IMG/VR virus record: IMGVR_UViG_3300027819_000006
DNA: 64,000 nt
Source: a virus
Lineage: Duplodnaviria > Caudoviricetes
Reading direction: 5' to 3' (one strand)
Every line of letters begins with the position of its first letter. Position 1 is the first letter of the stretch. The translations under genes and the position numbers were made by a program. The notes beneath the pieces are model-generated. The model ran no database searches, was not told where the DNA came from, and was given only the letters and a program-made list of their open reading frames with translations. Shown here in pieces: positions 31,923-41,806 of the stretch.

Positions 31923-32304
31923 TCAGTTTTATCTCTATATTTCTATGTTAACTTTGAAAAATTCCCCGTGCAAAACTTTTCAATTCACCATTTCAATATG
32001 CGTATTTGCTGTTTCTTGAGACAGTTTTTCAAATTGCTGTCTTAAAATGCGTATATTGCTTTCTCGTATAAACTTTTTTTCAGTATGCGATTTAACTATA
32101 TTTCTGATAAAATTTTCAATACTTTTCATCAACATGTTCCCTCTTCAAATTGTTTTCAAATTCTTCAAACATTTTTTTAAGTAATTCTATATGACATTTT
32201 TTTGTCTCTATTACTCTATTACAATCTACACAAAAATTTTTACAAATGTATTTTCTAATATATGTTTCTAAAATTTTCAATCATTATTCTCTGCTTAATT
32301 GCTT

Positions 32305-33954
32305 TTACAAAAGCCATCTAAATTCATTTATTGTATCTATTGCGCTTTTATGTTGCAATGGAACTTTTCTTATTACACCAGTATTTGCATCTTTTATTTC
32401 ATGTTCTGTGCTCATTACAGAAGCGAAAGATTTAGATTCTTGTCTAAAACTATTTACTAGAGTATGTTGCATTTCTATTGAATTATTGAATTTGACTCCA
32501 GCATTTCTAGCATACATTCCAATTCCCAGCGACATGACTAAATCGTCATGAGCATCTTCAGATGCCTGTGGTTTGCCATATAGCATGATAAATGTTTTTA
32601 GTTCTTCTAATACTCTGTTAGAGTGCAATATAATTTCTTTATTTCTTATATCTTCTTGCATTTTTGCGATCATTACTGGTCTAGTCTTGCCACTTGTAGT
32701 GAAACCAGCAACAGCATTTTTAGAATATATGTCAATAAATTCTTCATCAGTATTCATGTTGACTACAGATAAAGAATCTCTTCTTTTAGAATAGTATACA
32801 TTAGGATATTCAGCTTGTATAATATCTTCTAATACTCCAAGACCGTAGCTATTATTTTCTACTACTAATGTTGCTTCATTATATTCTCTACCTACTTCTA
32901 TTAACATTTGAGCAAATAGTTCTGGTACAATTTTGCCTTTATATTCTGCTACTTGTTCATATTCTTCTAATTCTATTACGTGAAAAGCTGAAAAATCTGA
33001 AGAATCTCCTTTAGCAACGTCTGCAGATATTGTATATTGTTTGCCAAACTCTGGATCTTTCCAAACCCATAGATGGTTGTCTATTCCTTTTTTGTATAGT
33101 GGGTCTCTGATATATAGTTGGCCTTCACAGAAAGGGTCAAATGATTCTTTGTACCATATTAATGATTTTGGATCAAAAACAGAATTGCCAGACATCAAGA
33201 AATCTGCATCTTGCTCTTGTGCGAAGGCTTGCTCACCGATCTTCGCCTTCATTTCATCAGCCCAAGCTTGATTTCTATCTGGATGATTTTTCCAAGATAA
33301 TCTTATTGGATTGAAAAATTGCAATTTATTTCCTATTTGAGTTTGTATTCCAGATTCTGCTTCTATATATTGATTATAAAACCAACCATTAGCTCCATTT
33401 GGAGTAGACAATATAATACAATCTCCACCAGTAGATAATGTTGGTTGAGCAGATGTCCAAATGGTACGAAAATTTTTTACAAATGCGCACTCGTCTACTA
33501 CTAAAAGACTCAAAGCTTCAGATCTTGCTGCGTCTTTTGTGGTAGAAGAAGCTTGAGCTTTTGATCCATTAGCTAATGCAACAGATTGTACATTTTTTGT
33601 TTTTTGTTCTGGCTTTAACCATTCTGGTAGTTCTTCTAAAAATACCTTTATCTTTGATACAAGATTTGTTGCAACAGATGATTTAGTTGCTACTATATAT
33701 ACTTCTTTGTTAGCAAAAAAGGTTATTAACCAAGCAATATATCCTGCCACTAAAGTAGATATTCCTAATTGTCTACCTTTAAGTATTATATTATATGAAT
33801 GCTCAACAAATGCATTGATACATTCTTTCTGAAAATCCCAGAGAGCAAAGTCAATTAATCCTTTTGTGGGATGGCGCACTTTTCCATAATTTTCAAGAAA
33901 ATAGATGGGATTTTCTCGACATTTTATGTATTCTTCTAATTCTGAATTGTTCAT
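32305..33954 (-). CDS. terL: Terminase large subunit
   Basis: KGRQLGISTL Walker A, LLVVDECAF Walker B, LSTPNG, ISADVAKG and HDDLVMS nuclease motifs. Confidence 0.95.
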   Translation of the reverse strand: MNNSELEEYIKCRENPIYFLENYGKVRHPTKGLIDFALWDFQKECINAFVEHSYNIILKGRQLGISTLVAGYIAWLITFFANKEVYIVATKSSVATNLVSKIKVFLEELPEWLKPEQKTKNVQSVALANGSKAQASSTTKDAARSEALSLLVVDECAFVKNFRTIWTSAQPTLSTGGDCIILSTPNGANGWFYNQYIEAESGIQTQIGNKLQFFNPIRLSWKNHPDRNQAWADEMKAKIGEQAFAQEQDADFLMSGNSVFDPKSLIWYKESFDPFCEGQLYIRDPLYKKGIDNHLWVWKDPEFGKQYTISADVAKGDSSDFSAFHVIELEEYEQVAEYKGKIVPELFAQMLIEVGREYNEATLVVENNSYGLGVLEDIIQAEYPNVYYSKRRDSLSVVNMNTDEEFIDIYSKNAVAGFTTSGKTRPVMIAKMQEDIRNKEIILHSNRVLEELKTFIMLYGKPQASEDAHDDLVMSLGIGMYARNAGVKFNNSIEMQHTLVNSFRQESKSFASVMSTEHEIKDANTGVIRKVPLQHKSAIDTINEFRWLL

Positions 33955-34024
33955 AGAATATTCACTTCTTACATAATATAAATATAATTTGCAAAACAAA
34001 AAAGTACAATATCAGAAAACACAA

Positions 34025-34057
34025 AAAGAGCCCCATAAATTAATATGGAGCTCTTTG
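34025..34057 (-). terminator. Intrinsic terminator after the MoxR gene
   Basis: AAAGAGCTCCATA-loop-TATGGGGCTCTTT followed by a T-run. Confidence 0.7.
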
Positions 34058-34083
34058 ATATTCTATTATAATCTATTTTCTAT

Positions 34084-35340
34084 CTACTTCTTCACAAAGT
34101 GTCTCTGTGCAATTTCTTTTACGATATTTCGATCATCTGTATCAAGCCGTGCATATACCACATTTTCCAGTGCTGTCTTCAATCCCCATTCATTGATCTT
34201 TTTTACAAACATCTTGAGTCTGCGAGTAGAGATTGTGCTAATGATATTTTCTGAAGCATTTGACTTGCGGACATCTAAAATGAATTCCATGATCCTCAGA
34301 GGTGTCACATCTGAAGGTTCATTCAGAATTGCTGTCACAATGTCAATTTCTTTATTTGTATATGACATTTCGAAGAAAGCATTGAACCTGTCAAGAAATG
34401 CTTCATTCAACTGAACTGTGCCTGCAAATTTCTGCTGATTCTCACCAAGTCCAAGAGTATTTGCAGTAGCAAGTACAGCAAAACCATTAGTGGGAGTCAA
34501 GACTTCTCCACCATTATCCATCAGTACGAGCTTTGCATTGTCGTCATCGAGTATAGAATGCAGAGCTGTCAGATAATGTGGGGGAGCAGAATCAATCTCA
34601 TTTACAATGATTGGAGCACCCAGCTTTATAGCCTGAGGAAAAATTCCATAAGCAAACTTTGTAATGTTTCTTCCATTCTCATCTACTGTAGCTTCTTTTG
34701 TTCCAAGAAATGTTGCCTCATCTACTCCTTGAGAAAAATCAATGTCAAAAGGATAGACTCCATCAACACAGAACTGAGGATACATTTCCTTGACAAGCAT
34801 TCTCAGAGCTGTAGTTTTACCACAGCCTGCAGGGCCATAGATATAAACGTGTTCACCATTCTCTACGCATTGCTTGATGTTATTGTAAAACTTTGGAAAA
34901 TAAAATTTGTTAGCATTCTCTTTCTTTATAGCTGTTTTTTCAAGGACAGAAATCAGATCTTCTTTAACCTGTTCAGGAGCAATCTCTACACCTTCAGAAT
35001 TAGTAGGGACAGTAGCAATGATTTTGTCAAAGTCACCAGCATTTATTTTATGGAAATTGCTGGGTATTGTCAGATGAACTGAATCTGTAAATTTTGCAAG
35101 TGGCTGAATCATGAAACCTTTGTACAATCTAGACCTGCTTATAGCTAGACTGTTATGGTTTTTGAGATTTTTACCAACTTTTGGACTAAAAACATTCCTG
35201 TACTTGAACCTATTATTGAGTGAATACTCGCAAATGAAGAATTCTCCATTTGCTTCTGGTATAGCTAAATTCAGCTTGCTATAGACATCAGAGATTTGAA
35301 TTGCCAGTTCTCTAGCAGCATATTTGTCGAATCTAGACAT
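34084..35340 (-). CDS. MoxR/CobS-like AAA+ ATPase
   Basis: GPAGCGKTT, VNEID, ATANTLG and LNEAFLDRF. Confidence 0.9.
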   Translation of the reverse strand: MSRFDKYAARELAIQISDVYSKLNLAIPEANGEFFICEYSLNNRFKYRNVFSPKVGKNLKNHNSLAISRSRLYKGFMIQPLAKFTDSVHLTIPSNFHKINAGDFDKIIATVPTNSEGVEIAPEQVKEDLISVLEKTAIKKENANKFYFPKFYNNIKQCVENGEHVYIYGPAGCGKTTALRMLVKEMYPQFCVDGVYPFDIDFSQGVDEATFLGTKEATVDENGRNITKFAYGIFPQAIKLGAPIIVNEIDSAPPHYLTALHSILDDDNAKLVLMDNGGEVLTPTNGFAVLATANTLGLGENQQKFAGTVQLNEAFLDRFNAFFEMSYTNKEIDIVTAILNEPSDVTPLRIMEFILDVRKSNASENIISTISTRRLKMFVKKINEWGLKTALENVVYARLDTDDRNIVKEIAQRHFVKK

Positions 35341-35387
35341 TTGAAGAATCTCCTTTGTTTGTAGTAACCATCATTTTGTAATGGTTA

Positions 35388-35416
35388 AATATAAACAATC
35401 TATGTTAGAAAGTAAA
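35388..35416 (-). promoter_or_regulatory. Early promoter copy
   Basis: TTTACT-N17-TATATT. Confidence 0.85.
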
Positions 35417-35421
35417 ACGTT

Positions 35422-37149
35422 TTATGATAAAGATGCAATTAATTTATTCTTGAGATTCTTCAAAAATGATTCTTCAAGATTTTCTACATCTTTTGCATAT
35501 ATAGAATTTTCTTTTCCATAATATTTTTCAATTTTTGTTGACCCACCAAATCCGAATGCAAATAGTTCAATATCAGTTTCATTCATGATTTTATTTACTA
35601 CATGCTTCAGATAATCATGTAACATAATTTTGCTATACTTTTCATTTATAACACCTTGTGGAGTTCCATCTGACAGTACAAATAGAATTTTTTTGTCTAT
35701 AGGACTAGAATTCTTCAACAAATGTTTTGCTGCATATTCAACAGATTCTCCATCATTATTTTCTGTGCTGCTTGGCAAGCCAGGTATTTGAAATTCATAA
35801 TCTGCATGATGAGCAAGTGCTTGAGACATGACATTGGAAATTGCAGAATCAGAATATTTGTCTTTGAAATCATGCATTATTTCATAAAACTTGGGATAAC
35901 AAGAAACATAATTCTTTGATTTGTGACAATGTTTGAATATCCAATCTCTATCTGGATTATCACTCGAAAATCCAATAACAGAAAATTCAATGCCGAGCAT
36001 AGACAAAGACTTGGAAATTATTTTAGCAAGATACAGAGCATTATAGAACCTGCTTTTACCATTTGTTTCTCGAGCAACCATTGAACCTGACATATCTACA
36101 AGAATAACAACTTTTGCATGTATTTTTTCTGTATTCACAACTTTATAGAATGGTGCATCTGTCAAATTGCAAGAAAACAACCCTAACTTGTTTTTAGCAA
36201 TTCTCTTACCTTTTTTGAAACCAGAAAATTTGAATTTGCTAGTCTTTGACCTCAGAATTGTAGCCATGATCTTTGTCATAGTACTTAGTTTAGAATTATT
36301 AGACTTGAATTGATTAGATACAGCATCATTCTTCTTGTACTTGTAGATATAGTCTCCGTCTGTATAGTTAGTAAATTTAGATATCTTCATTGAAGACTTT
36401 GAAATTGTCTTTATATCTTCTGATAATATAGTTTCTATAAGTTCTTTCTCTATATCTTTAGCTATAGCTTCAAGTTTTGTATTAATAAGACTAGTTTTAG
36501 ACTCATCAGAATCAGTTCCGGGAACTGGTTTCATAGAAATTCTTGTGACATACTTCTGTTCCTGCTCTTCCATTTTAATCTTGTCTTTGATAAATTCATA
36601 AATTTCTTTTGAGACATTGTAGACGTCTTGCAAATTTTTGGCCTTTGAAGCCTTGTCAAAATATGGCGAAAGCTCTGAATAGGCTTTCTCTACATCTTCT
36701 GGCAAGTCAAATTTAAAATGTGTTCTGTACATGTATGAAGAAATAGCATTTGCATATTCTGCGCCATCAGTTTTAGTTTCTTTTTCAAGCTTGTGTAAAT
36801 ATTCATTTAAATACTCTTCTCTGAGTGAATAAATATTCAGAGTTTCTCCAGGCTTATCTTGAATTGCATCAATTCTTGCATCTTCCAAACAATTACAGAT
36901 CTGCTTCAACAGCATATTTTTTTTGAACTCTGGAATATAGTCGTTCCATCCGAATGTATACCTCTTGTGTCGAACCTCATGATCAACAAAACCTCGAACC
37001 TTTTTGATATCTTTGTCTGAAATCTCTAGATCATTGATCTGCGGCAAGTGAATGATGTCTTTTTCATCAATATATGCTCCATCTTCTGAATCCCAGTAGA
37101 CTTCTGTATTATCAAGGTTTGCAATTGCTTCTGTTCTTGATTTCCACAT
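35422..37149 (-). CDS. CobT-like protein with HExxH and vWA (MIDAS) domain
   Basis: GFVDHEVRH, NCLEDARI, VDMSGSM, NNDGES and LSDGTP. Confidence 0.88.
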   Translation of the reverse strand: MWKSRTEAIANLDNTEVYWDSEDGAYIDEKDIIHLPQINDLEISDKDIKKVRGFVDHEVRHKRYTFGWNDYIPEFKKNMLLKQICNCLEDARIDAIQDKPGETLNIYSLREEYLNEYLHKLEKETKTDGAEYANAISSYMYRTHFKFDLPEDVEKAYSELSPYFDKASKAKNLQDVYNVSKEIYEFIKDKIKMEEQEQKYVTRISMKPVPGTDSDESKTSLINTKLEAIAKDIEKELIETILSEDIKTISKSSMKISKFTNYTDGDYIYKYKKNDAVSNQFKSNNSKLSTMTKIMATILRSKTSKFKFSGFKKGKRIAKNKLGLFSCNLTDAPFYKVVNTEKIHAKVVILVDMSGSMVARETNGKSRFYNALYLAKIISKSLSMLGIEFSVIGFSSDNPDRDWIFKHCHKSKNYVSCYPKFYEIMHDFKDKYSDSAISNVMSQALAHHADYEFQIPGLPSSTENNDGESVEYAAKHLLKNSSPIDKKILFVLSDGTPQGVINEKYSKIMLHDYLKHVVNKIMNETDIELFAFGFGGSTKIEKYYGKENSIYAKDVENLEESFLKNLKNKLIASLS

Positions 37150-37182
37150 TTTGAAGTTCCTTTCATTATTTTGTAATGGTTA

Positions 37183-37211
37183 AATATAAACAATTTAGCC
37201 ATAAAAGTAAA
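37183..37211 (-). promoter_or_regulatory. Early promoter copy
   Basis: TTTACT-N17-TATATT. Confidence 0.85.
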
Positions 37212-37212
37212 C

Positions 37213-37247
37213 AAAAAAGAGCAAACCACTAAAAAATAGTTTGCTCA
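37213..37247 (-). terminator. Intrinsic terminator
   Basis: GAGCAAAC...GTTTGCTC followed by TTTTTT on the minus strand. Confidence 0.75.
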
Positions 37248-37269
37248 TTAAAATAGTATGCAACAAATA

Positions 37270-37605
37270 TTAAATTTTTACAGGCCAGCGTGCTCTAAAT
37301 CCTCTTTTTGATATCAAAACATTAGTTATTCTATCAACTAAAAATTTCTTTATGCTCTGCTTTTTGCCAGGAGTTATGTCATAAGCATACAGATAAACTC
37401 CATATTCTCCAATTTTCATTTCGTAGGGTTCAGTTATGCGTAAGCTTGCTGCACCGGACAGCTTTGTATAATTGATATTGATTATCTTCACTTTACTCAA
37501 AGCTTGTCTTATATGAGCTACTATAGCATCAGACTTCATAGTTCCCGGAGTTCTTTCAAACCAGTCTGTAGCTTCTGCAAGATGCTGCTTGTCTATACTG
37601 TTCAT
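37270..37605 (-). CDS. WYL-like domain protein
   Basis: RITEPYEM...YLYAYDIT...IKKFLVDRITNV. Confidence 0.65.
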   Translation of the reverse strand: MNSIDKQHLAEATDWFERTPGTMKSDAIVAHIRQALSKVKIININYTKLSGAASLRITEPYEMKIGEYGVYLYAYDITPGKKQSIKKFLVDRITNVLISKRGFRARWPVKI

Positions 37606-37625
37606 TTATTGGAACTCCATTTTAT

Positions 37626-38375
37626 CTAATTTTTGTTTGATACATAAAATAAAGCTATATTTTTGATAAATTCTGCTGCTTTAATAGCATAATAATTGTC
37701 AGTTTCAACAATAACTTCATGACGATTATTATGTTTTAAAATATCTTTTAAATTACTATAACCATCAAAATGCAACTCTAATGCTTCTTTAATTTCATTA
37801 TATATCACATAAATATTAAAATTTAAAATAGTAGCGGGCTTTTTATATTCTTCCTCATGTTTTTCTATATATTCAATAATATCTTTTATCGTTTTTTCTT
37901 CAAATTTTTTATCTTGTTTGCATTTATCTATTAATTTTTGAAATATTCTATTGTGCAGCGTATAAAAATCATCAGTATGTTTTGATTGAAAGTATTTTGA
38001 TCCATCAATTGGGAATACAATATATGGATCACCATATCCAAAACTAACTGTTGCAGATGTATTTATTATACTTGTGTAGCAGAATATACTTTTTTGTCTT
38101 GATGGCAAATGTGAATAATGATTAATTCTATAATATTCTATAAACTCATCTATTCTACTATCAGTATCTATCAACTTTCTTTTACCATTTTTATGTATTT
38201 TATAAGCATTTGAATTTATTCCAGCTGACCTTCTCAATCCTCTAATCAGACATCTATCTATTTCATTAAATGCGTTATAAGCTTCTGAACAATATGTTTT
38301 AACATGAGTGGCAAATTTAGATATCGATATCATTTCATATGTAATGTTTTCTTTTAGTAGCGAAGATAATTTCAT
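37626..38375 (-). CDS. Leader-bearing hypothetical protein, possibly ADP-ribosyltransferase-like
   Basis: MKLSSLLKE leader; LIRG...PSRQKSIFC...YGDPYIVFP pattern. Confidence 0.4.
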   Translation of the reverse strand: MKLSSLLKENITYEMISISKFATHVKTYCSEAYNAFNEIDRCLIRGLRRSAGINSNAYKIHKNGKRKLIDTDSRIDEFIEYYRINHYSHLPSRQKSIFCYTSIINTSATVSFGYGDPYIVFPIDGSKYFQSKHTDDFYTLHNRIFQKLIDKCKQDKKFEEKTIKDIIEYIEKHEEEYKKPATILNFNIYVIYNEIKEALELHFDGYSNLKDILKHNNRHEVIVETDNYYAIKAAEFIKNIALFYVSNKN

Positions 38376-38376
38376 A

Positions 38377-38640
38377 TTAATCGTCTAATAAACTATACTG
38401 CGAGAACAACTGAATCAAATCTTTCTCAGTATGTATATTCAGCAGGTCTCCAATAAAAAATTTGACTGAATTAAAGTTCCAGCCCTTTCCAATCAATCTT
38501 CCAGTGATCAGTCCTTTATACTTACTAACAGCTGTAATGTTATCTTTTTGCATTGAGTTCACATATCTTATACATAGTCTCTCAATATCAGACATTGAAT
38601 CTTGAATTTCTATTGTTTCGGCTACTGTTCTTAATTTCAA
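38377..38640 (-). CDS. Small leader-bearing hypothetical protein
   Basis: MKLRTVAE start. Confidence 0.6.
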   Translation of the reverse strand: MKLRTVAETIEIQDSMSDIERLCIRYVNSMQKDNITAVSKYKGLITGRLIGKGWNFNSVKFFIGDLLNIHTEKDLIQLFSQYSLLDD

Positions 38641-39284
38641 GTGTTTTCTCTATTTAAATCTATCATTAATTCTTCTTTTCTGATAATTTTTGTATCTTCT
38701 GAGAATACTAAAATTTCTTTCTGCTCTTCGTAAGCTATTTCTTCTTTGTGTATAGAATATTGATTTTGACCATACTGATAATATTTCCTCAAACAGCCAA
38801 TCACTTCAACAAATAGCTCTATTAATTCAGAATATGTTCTATTTTCTTTATGATTTTTTACTATATTTTCTAAAAAATCAGTTTTAGCTAATTGTTTCAA
38901 AATATTGTGCACAACTACTATATTTCCATTCATTTTAGCTAAATTTTTACAGATAATGAAACCATAGCTCTTATTGAAAGTTTTATTCAGCTGTTCAGGT
39001 TTTAATATGCTAAAAGAAACAGGCTGAAAGTTTAGATTATGAAAACCTATAGTATGTATATCTTCAATAAATTTAGCATATTCTTTTTCTATTAGATCGA
39101 ACCATCTGTAAACAATCAAATTTTTAGGAAGTTTTATACTAAATTTAGAGCTTGCAACAAGACTTTCATGTCTGAGTATATTTGATAAAGCTCGTCTTCT
39201 TTCTTCGCTGAAAGAATAGACATATTCCAATATTATGTATAGAGCATTTATATCATTGCTGTATAATATATCTTTCAGTTTCAA
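38637..39284 (-). CDS. Putative R-S-E clade ADP-ribosyltransferase
   Basis: IVYRW (R), PVSFS (SxS) and EEQKEILV (QxE) in the expected order; TTG start. Confidence 0.5.
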   Translation of the reverse strand: MKLKDILYSNDINALYIILEYVYSFSEERRRALSNILRHESLVASSKFSIKLPKNLIVYRWFDLIEKEYAKFIEDIHTIGFHNLNFQPVSFSILKPEQLNKTFNKSYGFIICKNLAKMNGNIVVVHNILKQLAKTDFLENIVKNHKENRTYSELIELFVEVIGCLRKYYQYGQNQYSIHKEEIAYEEQKEILVFSEDTKIIRKEELMIDLNRENT

Positions 39285-39490
39285 AATTTATCTCTATTTA
39301 AACATTCCATTACATATTCAAAAGCTTTTTCTAGTTCTTTAGCAGCAACTTCAGGTTTAGCATTTATCTTTTTAGCTAATTTGAAACAAGGGTATGAAAA
39401 ATCCCCAAATTTATTCCTTAATTTAGGATCATTTTCTTTTATATCATTCAAAACACTATTAAAATCTTCTTCTATAATATAACTAATTAT
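39281..39490 (-). CDS. Minigene or remnant resembling the arginyl-tRNA synthetase N-terminal domain
   Basis: Hand translation: ...PKLRNKFGDFSYPCFKLAKKINAKPEVAAKELEKAF...*. No ATG; ATA, ATT and TTG are candidate starts. Confidence 0.6.
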   Translation of the reverse strand: MISYIIEEDFNSVLNDIKENDPKLRNKFGDFSYPCFKLAKKINAKPEVAAKELEKAFEYVMECLNRDKF

Positions 39491-39537
39491 AGTTGTTCTA
39501 TAAATATAATGGAGCTGATAAAAATTGCATCTATTAT

Positions 39538-39882
39538 TGGTGGACCTGGAGAATATCGAAATTCTCGTGTAGTCTATGCTACATAAAAATTGTATTGTAC
39601 ATGCTTTTGCAAATTCTAATTTTTCATTCTGTTATAAAGAATTAGCAAAGTTTATAACAGAATTATTCTTTCTATTTATTAAAAGAAGTGTTCTTATCAG
39701 ATATGAATGATGCTATTCTATTTCCTATCTGCAAAATTTAGATAGCATAGCTGTTTAGCTCTTAAGCAGCTAGTTTGTATTGATTTTTGTCAATTACTAT
39801 TTTGCTGTAAGTTTAAAGAGTTTATAGCAAACTCTGCATGCAATTCTTACTTTACATACCTATCGATTCCAATTTCAGGCCC
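39538..39882 (-). ncRNA. ssrA: tmRNA (complete, 345 nt), tag (A)DKNQYKLAA
   Basis: 5' GGGCCTG pairs with 3' CAGGTCC-ACCA including G3.U70; T-arm GAGAA-TTTCGAT-ATTCTC; tag ORF 39762-39791. Confidence 0.93.
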
Positions 39883-39891
39883 AAAATCTTT

Positions 39892-40201
39892 CCTACTACA
39901 TGCTTTTTGTAGAATTCTACATTTCAACAATATTTTGAATCCCTACAAAGTATAATATTATTGAATTAGATTGATTTCATTTGCATCTATCTAACCAATC
40001 AATGCAAATTATCTCATTTAAATGATATCTCAGTAAAATCTATGAGATAAGACTTTATAGAGACAAGCAGTTTAATCTCCTAAGCTGCTAGTTTGTAGCT
40101 TTGATTGTCATTTAAGACTTTAATCAGCTTTTAACGAAGCCTCTGATTAACTTCGGCATGCAATCATACTAATTATTATCCAGTCGATTATAATCGCCCC
40201 C
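39892..40201 (-). ncRNA. ssrA: Second, 3'-truncated tmRNA, tag (A)DNQSYKLAA
   Basis: 5' GGGGGCGATTATAATCGAC, GCATGC helix and tag ORF 40080-40109; no complementary acceptor strand or CCA before the next tmRNA begins. Confidence 0.8.
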
Positions 40202-40253
40202 GTTATTTTTGATTTGTGTTGATATTTACTTCTGATAGCTTCAAGTTTGTTCT

Positions 40254-41804
40254 CTAAATAAGTACAGTATTTCCATTTGAGTTCAGAAATGTTGTAGTCT
40301 TTTCTGGTCCTTTTGATTCTAATCTTACAGGATTACTCCACAATATAAATATACTGTTGAGAACCTCTTTAGTATCAGCTATATCTAAAGTAATATCTTT
40401 ATCTGTATTATGTTTTAGCAACAGAGTTCCATTTCTACCATAGTTCATATCTACTACTTCTAGATTCGGCCTACCATGATTTGTTAACATGAATAATAGT
40501 TTTTGTTTCACATCTTTGAATTCTTTTGAAGATATTTGATATGTTATACCTTTTGGATCACCTTCTGCAGGTTCAGCTTTTGATTTATCTATTGTAAAAA
40601 GTTTCAGCTGAACACAAAGTTCTCTTGTAAAAAATTCATCTATGAACTCAACATCATTATAATATTTTCTAACTTCAAATATCTTTTCATGTCCAATATT
40701 CAGCTTCTTGTCCCAGTTCTTTTTTGTCTTGTAATCATCACATTCTTCCCATTCTCTGCCGAACTGTCCTTTATTCCATCTTTCTTCAATATCATTCCAT
40801 ATTTCTAGACCTAGTTTGTATGGATTCAAAGATCTAGATGATCCCATGGTGGCAGCATGATGCTCAGCATAATCTATAATTTCTGAATCGTCAAGAATTC
40901 CTCTTTTTGTAAGAATATGACTATGCCAATAACTTGCCCATCCCTCATTCATAATTTTCGTCATTCCTTGTGGAGCAAAGTAATATGCCTCTTCTCTGAT
41001 CATAGACATAATATTTCTCTGCCACTGTTTCATCGGAGCATGTTCAATCAGAAATAGAAGGAGATCTTTATAGGGTTTCTTAAGACTTTTTGCTTCCTCT
41101 TCTTCAAGTTCTTTCTTCTTTTCTTTTTTAAGTTTTTCAATTTCATCATCAGGATTAACAAATTTGTCCATATAAAATTTATCTGCAGAAACTTTAATTC
41201 TGTCTATATTCTGAGATTCTAAATCTATGTTCTTGTCTTCTTGTTCTTCTGGTGCTTTACTCTTTGCCATTAATATTTCATGTCTATCAATGTGTTGTTC
41301 TAAACTTGAGCAGATATCAATGAAATCTTCTACTTCTTTTTCTCCATATAGATCTATATATTGACTTACAATCTTAGCATGATTGCTGAATTGATTGATC
41401 ATTTTTCTATCTGTATTGGAAAACCAGATATTGTTTTTAAAGAAATCAGCATGTCCATAGACATGAGCCATAACTAATTTCTGATCTACTAATGTATTAT
41501 TTGTCATTAGATATGCATATACAGGATCTGTATTTACAACCATCTCTGATATTTTAGATAGACCGTAAAAATATTCTTTGTACATATGAGAATATGATTG
41601 TCCAAATTCCCAGTGAGAATATCTTTCCATGAAACCTGTTCTTGCAGCTATCTGATAAAGATCATCTGGTGAAACCATTTCAAAGACAGTTTTAAAAAAA
41701 TCAAGCTTTTCTTCTATAGCGATATCTTCTATTTTATATTTCCATTCTTTAAGATAATAAGGAAATTTTATTACTTGATCAAATTTATTATATGATTTTT
41801 CCAT
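40254..41804 (-). CDS. spoVR: SpoVR/YcgB family protein
   Basis: RYSHWEFG, SKISEMVVNTDP, MAHVYGHADFFKNN, TKIMNEGWASYWH and LNPYKLG. Confidence 0.95.
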   Translation of the reverse strand: MEKSYNKFDQVIKFPYYLKEWKYKIEDIAIEEKLDFFKTVFEMVSPDDLYQIAARTGFMERYSHWEFGQSYSHMYKEYFYGLSKISEMVVNTDPVYAYLMTNNTLVDQKLVMAHVYGHADFFKNNIWFSNTDRKMINQFSNHAKIVSQYIDLYGEKEVEDFIDICSSLEQHIDRHEILMAKSKAPEEQEDKNIDLESQNIDRIKVSADKFYMDKFVNPDDEIEKLKKEKKKELEEEEAKSLKKPYKDLLLFLIEHAPMKQWQRNIMSMIREEAYYFAPQGMTKIMNEGWASYWHSHILTKRGILDDSEIIDYAEHHAATMGSSRSLNPYKLGLEIWNDIEERWNKGQFGREWEECDDYKTKKNWDKKLNIGHEKIFEVRKYYNDVEFIDEFFTRELCVQLKLFTIDKSKAEPAEGDPKGITYQISSKEFKDVKQKLLFMLTNHGRPNLEVVDMNYGRNGTLLLKHNTDKDITLDIADTKEVLNSIFILWSNPVRLESKGPEKTTTFLNSNGNTVLI

Positions 41805-41806
41805 AT

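Noticed and set aside
31930-32300. Possible gene(s) between the terminase and the holin-like gene
   Set aside because: Only short or broken frames (MIENFRNIY*, and a 49-aa MKSIENFIRN...) with no recognisable motif; too weak to call.
40201-40254. Permuted (two-piece) tmRNA explanation for the truncated copy
   Set aside because: No T-arm/acceptor 3' segment (expected CGCCTCCACCA-like) is present upstream of its 5' end.
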